A DNA stretch of 63,888 bases, the filler included. It is 8 parts of 8 records of this genome, joined end to end, with 100 filler letters (N's around TTAATTAATTAA, not from the genome) between each part and the next. Parts side by side here need not be neighbours in the genome. Positions count along the whole stretch, not along the records: positions 57,845 to 63,888 come from DRR723986_45385; 7 more parts are not named here. One strand, written 5' to 3'. This document shows positions 58,271-63,888 of the stretch, piece after piece (the stretch's first letter is position 1; each line of letters opens with the position of its first letter). The translations under genes were made by a program, and so were the position numbers. The notes under the pieces were generated by a model. It did not search any database. It saw nothing but the letters and a program-made list of their open reading frames with translations, and had not been told where the DNA came from.

Positions 58271-61200
58271 TCAATCTAGCGATACGTCTTGTTTAAGCAG
58301 CGAGACTAGTGTGTTGCGAAGCCGCTCCTCTTCATGCTTTTGATTTAGGAACCAGTCGGTCGACCAGATTCTGTGCAACTGCCAACCACGGGAACGAATC
58401 ACTTCCTCACGAAGCCGGTCACGATCGCGGGCGGATTTAGAGCTATGGTAAGTTGCACCATCACACTCGATGCCCAAAATGAAATCTCCATTGCCGTCTC
58501 TTTGGCGAACGCCAATGTCGATGAAGTATCCCGCCACTCCAACTTGAGGAACCGCCTCCAGTCCCATCGCGGAAACCACGCGAGCAACGGCGACCTCGAA
58601 TGGCGAATCAGGAGCTCTGCCGTCGTGTTCACCACGATCCGGAAGGCAGCCGCTATTGGAGAACTCTAAATAGTCTTTCAGAGCATTAACGCCCCTCGAT
58701 TTGTCCGGTCCGCCGGAGATCTGACTCGCCCGCATAGAAGCAAACACCTCGACTCGTTTGCGCGCACGGGTGATCAGGACGTTCAGTCGCCTCCATCCCG
58801 CTGCGCCGTTCATGGGACCGAATCGGTTCATGACACGACCGCTCTGTGGATCTGGCCCATACGTGTACGAAACAAAGATCACGTCACGCTCATCACCTTG
58901 GAGGTTCTCAAGGTTCTTGACGAACAGAGATTCGTGTCGATCCTTGAAGCTTTCTACTGCTTTGGCGACTCTCGAGTCGGACTCACATGCCTTATCGATG
59001 AGTTCCTCGATTAGCCGGCTCTGCTTCATGTTGAAGGTTCCAACACCGAGCGTTTCATCTGGGTGTTCGAGCACGTGCTTGACGACGGCTTCAGCGACCA
59101 CCTGTGCTTCGGTCCCGTTTTCGCCTCCTGAAAAGGTAGCTCCGTCTACGTAACGAAAATAGACCCCAAGTCGCCCCGAATTTGCCTTGGGCGAGGGGAA
59201 CACGACCAGGTCGTCGTCGTAGAATCGGTTGTTTGAGAATTGGATCAGATTCTCATGCTCACTTCGATAGTGCCAACGAAGTCTGCGAACCGGCTGGAAC
59301 GACTTCATCGTCGCTTCTAGAATTGATTCTGAGTTATCAAACTGGGTCGCTTGGTCGTCGCTAACATCATCGATGGATCGATCAAAGAACGATGTTGGAG
59401 GAAGTTGCTTGGGGTCACCAACAACGACGATCTGCTTTGCACGCAGAATTGTTCCAAGTGCATCCTCTGGTTTAATCTGCGAAGCTTCGTCCATTACAAC
59501 TAAGTCGAATTCAACAGTCCCAGGAGCAAGATACTGTGCAACAGACAGCGGGCTCATCATAAAACATGGCTTGAGTGATTGGACGGATTGGCTAGCCCTA
59601 GCCAACAAGTCTCGAATACGACAGTGCCGTTGCTGCTTTTGGATCTCGTGACGAATCAGACCCATCTCCGTGAATTCAGCAACACGCCCGCGTGCGTTTC
59701 CTGCAGGCGGGACAACCTGGGCCGCCTCGAATGCAATTTTCTCTCGGTTCAGTTGAGTGATTTCTCTGTCGAGCTGCTGGAACTGGCTTCTCGCGTTCTC
59801 GATTCCTTGACGCGAAAAATCCTCAAGGACTGCCGATGCTTCAATGTTCTGTTCCGCAATCAAGTTTAGCACTGTCGCTTGGTACAGATCTACAACTGCT
59901 TCAGGCGCGATCCTCTGCTTGAGAACCTCGTTAGCAAACCCCGCAAGTCCTGCACGCCGACATCGTTGAATAACTTTGCTAAACGCCGCCCATGCTGGAA
60001 GGTCGCCAATTCTGTTACGCAGTGTCGCAAGTTGTACTTGGCAGGCGAAATCACTTTCAATCGAGGAATCAAAAGAAAGGAGTTTCTTTCCTAGTGATCC
60101 GTAGTCTTCGAGGCGCAGCTTTCGTTCCTGCCACGCGTCATACGTTTTCTGGTAGACGGCGAGTCGTTTCGCTATCTCGGAACAAGACGCTTCGGGGGCC
60201 TCCCGTAAGACCTGCTGCTCTACGCCTGGTGGAAGGGGATGTTCCAGGAATGATTTGCACCAGTCGACCGCATCTCTGAGTTGCTGCGGAGCTTCCTTTG
60301 CCGTGTCACACCAAGAACCAATGGCTGATTGCAGCGTGCTGCGATCGTTGAGGAACGCCGATAGGGATCGAAACTCTTCAACCTGGTCAGACAATTCAAG
60401 TACATCGCTAAGACTCACAATGCGTGATTTGCGAACGTCCGCCAAGCCTGAATCGAGGTCTTGCAGAAAGCAAGTGACATGCTCGATTCGTTCCACCAGT
60501 ATGTCGAATCTTACGGAGGCGATGTCGGAGGCGGCCAGTCCTAAGTGCGCGCAATGTGTGTCGTCACGAAATTGGGACCTGAGCGTTTCCGCCGCCCTGG
60601 CAACTGTCGAGCCTGAGATGTCACTCCCTAGACTGTCTCGCCTGCGTAGCAGATCGATGCAGTCCTGCGCGCTCAAGCCATTGCGTTTTGCAGTGGTGGT
60701 CCAGTCCAGTAGTGACTTAACCGAGTCCCAATCCGTTTTATGGCCTTCGAACATCGGTCCCAACAGCTTTGCCAGTTTGTCGTCGTTTGCAAAACCTTCT
60801 TGAGATTTTTGGAGACCGAGGAGGTCCTCCAGTTTCGCAACCCAGCTCTTTGGTCCCTTGCCAATGCCGGGACGCCAGAACGTCTTGAGTTCACGAACTG
60901 CTGAGCGATAACTCGCATTGAAAACCCTTGTCCATGAACCTACATGTGGCCTGATCGCCTTGGCAATCTCGACGATTTGTTCTGGCGGTGGCGCGCTCGC
61001 GAGATGAAACGCATTGTTAGTCGTTTCCTCTGTCTTTTCCAGTTGCTGACTCTGCTTGATGCCTCGCCGGAATTCCTGAACAGCAGAGTTCATGAAGAGT
61101 CCTTCGTGTATCCTTGCGGCTTCCGACACGACCGGATGGCGAAAGAGCCTTAGTCGATACAGCGCTGCATCATATTCCTCCAGATTCCTGACCGGTCCAT

Positions 61201-63208
61201 GTCCCAGACGCGTAAGGTCTTCAGAGATGCGTTGGACTTCCTCGACTGCGCGGAGCGAGTCCTTGAGCCATACCTGATATTGTTCTAGCTCATCTATGCG
61301 ACTATCGCGAAAACGCTGGGTCAAGGGAGAATCCAACGTCTTTTTAAGCTCACTGTGTTTTCCAAGGCCTTCGTCAAATTCGCAAAGAAACGTTTGGGAT
61401 AACTCCTTCCGCAACTCGGTACTGCGTTCAATTGAATCGACAAGTTTCGAAGCGATTGCTTGCGCTGTTGGGTCAAGCAAATAGTCCAGATCCGCCTTGG
61501 TAATCGTCTCGGAATTCGACAGGTCCTCAAGACTGAGAGCATCGATCGTCTGGGCCGCATCATGCCACTCACTACCGTTTCCACCGAATTTCAGCAGGCC
61601 GGACAGTTGTTCTACCAGTCGCGAACTCAGCTGTTCTAGTTCGGCAAGGGCTTCGTCAATCGGTGCATAGTTGTTTGGATTCACCTTGGTCGCCTGGAAG
61701 GCCCACCAAGGGCTCTTGGTAGGCTCGGGAAATTCACGCAAAGCGACGACAAAATTGTCGAGTATCTGAACGTTGCCTTTGAACTGCGTCAAATCCAAGT
61801 TCGTTTCACACTCAATATGTCGACTCGGTTCGACTCCGCGTGACCTGAATTCAACCACCCGCCAAAGCACTTCGTACAATGGCTCGTTGTACGGCTTGCA
61901 GAGTTGTTCTGTCGCCTCGAGATAGTTCGCAATCTCAGCCTGTTTGACAGCGATTTCATGTTGTCGCTGTTCAAGCTCGACCGGCTGCCGAAACGACTTA
62001 TCTAGTCTCTCTCTCAGAGACTCAAACACTCGGCGGGACGTCGCAACATCGCTGTGCAACTCCAAACACAGTTCGCCTAGTCCTAACGAAGTCAGTTTGC
62101 GTTGCACGACTTCCAACGCCGCGAGCTTCTCTGCGACGAATAGTACTCTCTGGCCCCGGTGCATTGCCATGGCAATCGCGTTGGTGATCGTCTGAGATTT
62201 CCCGGTACCGGGCGGCCCTTCGATGACCAGACTTTTCCCTGAAGCGATATCGCACAGTGCCGAGTGCTGAGAACTGTCGGCTTCCTGCGCAAGGCTGATC
62301 GACTCAGCTAACTCGTTGCCGTCGATCTCGTAGTCGCCTGCGTACAAGGAATCGACGGGGGCGTCGGAATCTAAGTCACGGCCCAAGATGATTTGCGTGG
62401 CCAATGAATCGCCAGCAAGCTTGCCACTGGACTGCCAGTGATCGGCTGCGATGTCTTCGTACATCTGTAGCTTGTGAAATGAGAAAAAGCCGAGCAATGC
62501 CTCTCGGCGTACGCTCCAGTTTGGCCGCGTTTTCACAGCCCGCGACACGTTGCTAAAGTACTTCTCGGGCGTGGAGTCGTTTTCATATTCGGGTAAGCGA
62601 ATCCCAAAGTCCCGTTCTATCCGCTTCGCCAAGGAAAGATTCCAACGAACGTCTTCCTCAGTCCAGGCGACGGAGTAGACGAATCTCCCGCTGCGCCCAT
62701 CAAATTTACGGTCGATATGCACCGGGACCAGCACCAGTGGAGCGGCACTCTGTTTTTGCGCGGTGTCACTATCGCTCCAATGGAGGAAGCCGATTGCTAG
62801 GTGCAAGTAGTTGATGCCAGTCTCTTCGATCGCCGTCTTCGCTTCCCGGACAATCGATTTCAGAATACTTGCAAGCCGCTCTTCATCGACGTTCGTTTGC
62901 AGCCTGTCGTCAACATGTCGCCGCGCGAGCTGGCTGCCGCGGCCAGCCTTGGGCAGCGTGAGCTCTAATTCAGGCGGTGTATTCGGGTCATCTCCATCAA
63001 CGGGGGCCGCCTCCTCTTCTCGGAAGTCGAACTTGAAGGGCTTCCCTTTTGCTACAAGGCGATCGTAGATCTCATCAGGAAGCTCATCAACAATCTCGAG
63101 CGTCCTCCTCCGGCTTTTTCGGTAGTTCAGCAGTGGGTTTCGATTTGTTAGGTCGAGCAGTTTTTCTCGAAAACGCAGGATCTCGTTTGAAATATTGGGC
63201 GTGGACAT
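58271..63208 (-). CDS. DUF4011 + SF1 (UPF1-like) helicase + Vsr/MTES_1575-like nuclease (Hhe-like anti-phage protein)
   Basis: LLDLTNRNPLLN, EETGINYLHLAIGFL, GPPGTGKS, DEASQ, GDPKQLPP, WHYRS, QGDERD, RLNVLITRAR, SPFE, IECDG, RIWSTDW. Confidence 0.88.
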   Translation of the reverse strand: MSTPNISNEILRFREKLLDLTNRNPLLNYRKSRRRTLEIVDELPDEIYDRLVAKGKPFKFDFREEEAAPVDGDDPNTPPELELTLPKAGRGSQLARRHVDDRLQTNVDEERLASILKSIVREAKTAIEETGINYLHLAIGFLHWSDSDTAQKQSAAPLVLVPVHIDRKFDGRSGRFVYSVAWTEEDVRWNLSLAKRIERDFGIRLPEYENDSTPEKYFSNVSRAVKTRPNWSVRREALLGFFSFHKLQMYEDIAADHWQSSGKLAGDSLATQIILGRDLDSDAPVDSLYAGDYEIDGNELAESISLAQEADSSQHSALCDIASGKSLVIEGPPGTGKSQTITNAIAMAMHRGQRVLFVAEKLAALEVVQRKLTSLGLGELCLELHSDVATSRRVFESLRERLDKSFRQPVELEQRQHEIAVKQAEIANYLEATEQLCKPYNEPLYEVLWRVVEFRSRGVEPSRHIECETNLDLTQFKGNVQILDNFVVALREFPEPTKSPWWAFQATKVNPNNYAPIDEALAELEQLSSRLVEQLSGLLKFGGNGSEWHDAAQTIDALSLEDLSNSETITKADLDYLLDPTAQAIASKLVDSIERSTELRKELSQTFLCEFDEGLGKHSELKKTLDSPLTQRFRDSRIDELEQYQVWLKDSLRAVEEVQRISEDLTRLGHGPVRNLEEYDAALYRLRLFRHPVVSEAARIHEGLFMNSAVQEFRRGIKQSQQLEKTEETTNNAFHLASAPPPEQIVEIAKAIRPHVGSWTRVFNASYRSAVRELKTFWRPGIGKGPKSWVAKLEDLLGLQKSQEGFANDDKLAKLLGPMFEGHKTDWDSVKSLLDWTTTAKRNGLSAQDCIDLLRRRDSLGSDISGSTVARAAETLRSQFRDDTHCAHLGLAASDIASVRFDILVERIEHVTCFLQDLDSGLADVRKSRIVSLSDVLELSDQVEEFRSLSAFLNDRSTLQSAIGSWCDTAKEAPQQLRDAVDWCKSFLEHPLPPGVEQQVLREAPEASCSEIAKRLAVYQKTYDAWQERKLRLEDYGSLGKKLLSFDSSIESDFACQVQLATLRNRIGDLPAWAAFSKVIQRCRRAGLAGFANEVLKQRIAPEAVVDLYQATVLNLIAEQNIEASAVLEDFSRQGIENARSQFQQLDREITQLNREKIAFEAAQVVPPAGNARGRVAEFTEMGLIRHEIQKQQRHCRIRDLLARASQSVQSLKPCFMMSPLSVAQYLAPGTVEFDLVVMDEASQIKPEDALGTILRAKQIVVVGDPKQLPPTSFFDRSIDDVSDDQATQFDNSESILEATMKSFQPVRRLRWHYRSEHENLIQFSNNRFYDDDLVVFPSPKANSGRLGVYFRYVDGATFSGGENGTEAQVVAEAVVKHVLEHPDETLGVGTFNMKQSRLIEELIDKACESDSRVAKAVESFKDRHESLFVKNLENLQGDERDVIFVSYTYGPDPQSGRVMNRFGPMNGAAGWRRLNVLITRARKRVEVFASMRASQISGGPDKSRGVNALKDYLEFSNSGCLPDRGEHDGRAPDSPFEVAVARVVSAMGLEAVPQVGVAGYFIDIGVRQRDGNGDFILGIECDGATYHSSKSARDRDRLREEVIRSRGWQLHRIWSTDWFLNQKHEEERLRNTLVSLLKQDVSLD

Positions 63209-63628
63209 CGATATCAATTGGAGAGCGAAAAACTGTAATAAGACATAGAGCTTCACGTTTCCGACAGGCTGGAACCGTTGAGGACCGAAATCGAAGGCGG
63301 GCAGCGCAAGTTAAGCGAACCGTCTTCGCAATTACGCTACGGAGTAGTATTCTCTGGAATCATTATTCTCTTTGGTGTGCTGCTTTGGAACATGGCGTGT
63401 GTGCAATTCTCGGACGTAAGTCAAGGTTTCGAGGCATCGTGGCGATTTTTTGTATCGCCACGTGCACTCAAGATGCGCCTGGCAGAGTAATCGACTACTT
63501 TTCGTCAGGCTTAGTAGGTCGGCTTTCCGTACGGTTGGGATTCGACCGGAGAGTGGGGCTACTTTGAATGCTTCGGGGCATGCGGGCGGAGTTGCTAGGT
63601 TAGTATCGAAATGCTGCTGGGTATCGAC

Positions 63629-63888
63629 TCATGAACGATACCGCTTGCGATATTCACGGGGGGATTGAGCGTGTGCTTTTCGGAATTGACGACTGAAGTA
63701 GTTGCTGTCGGAGAAGCCGACGTCGAAGGCGATGTCAGTGATGGTGCGGTCGGTTGTTCGCAAGAGACGACTCGCCTCTTCAATTCGAAGCTGAATGAAA
63801 TATCGGATCGGCGAAGTGCCGATGGTGGCTTCAAACATGCGAATGTAGTTCGTGCGCGACATGCCAGAGATCTCAACCAGATCCTCTA
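63629..63888 (-). CDS. AraC-family regulator, C-terminal HTH (5' part outside window)
   Basis: ITDIAFDVGFSDSNYFSRQFRK...SPREYR. Confidence 0.9.
   Translation of the reverse strand, partial: EDLVEISGMSRTNYIRMFEATIGTSPIRYFIQLRIEEASRLLRTTDRTITDIAFDVGFSDSNYFSRQFRKAHAQSPREYRKRYRS

Noticed and set aside
63257-63628. Several overlapping short ORFs between the helicase and araC
   Set aside because: Mutually overlapping, with no motifs or clear RBS; probably intergenic.

Overview
This window is not one locus. It is a concatenation of 8 unrelated contigs joined by identical 100-nt N-linkers containing TTAATTAATTAA (stops in all six frames), so adjacency across a linker means nothing. (1) 1-12849, AT-rich Bacteroidota (Cyclobacteriaceae-like): rhamnose/rhamnogalacturonan genes, a TPP riboswitch-pnuC-flavoenzyme operon, and a susC/susD pair with LacI-type operators. 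(2) 12950-28595, Bacteroidota: phoD divergent from ECF sigma-FecR-susC-susD-PHP-EEP-EEP, a Sus locus with phosphoesterases and no CAZymes, plus a T9SS cargo protein. (3) 28696-33916, Planctomycetota-like: efp/epmB and a DAACS symporter. (4) 34017-39710, Roseobacter-like: urtBA divergent from ureD-ureA-small ORF-ureB-ureC. (5) 39811-45290, Planctomycetota-like: ECF sigma plus a ZAS/Ser-Thr kinase/WD40 protein, an SDR and an MFP. (6) 45391-51469, Planctomycetota-like: DUF1080, VanZ, holB, lipid A acyltransferase and a nagB-PIG-L fusion. (7) 51570-57744, Roseobacter-like: sarcosine oxidase soxBDAG, FkbM and sodB. (8) 57845-63888, Planctomycetota-like: a DUF4011 helicase-nuclease (Hhe-like defence gene), a truncated defence-like ORF and an AraC fragment. 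Best candidates for novelty: the TPP-regulated PnuC plus acyl-CoA-dehydrogenase-fold flavoenzyme operon (its riboswitch carries a palindromic insertion), the phosphoester-utilisation Sus locus, and an uncalled 55-aa His-rich membrane protein inside the urease operon. Taxonomy and family calls come from composition and motif recognition; no searches were run.
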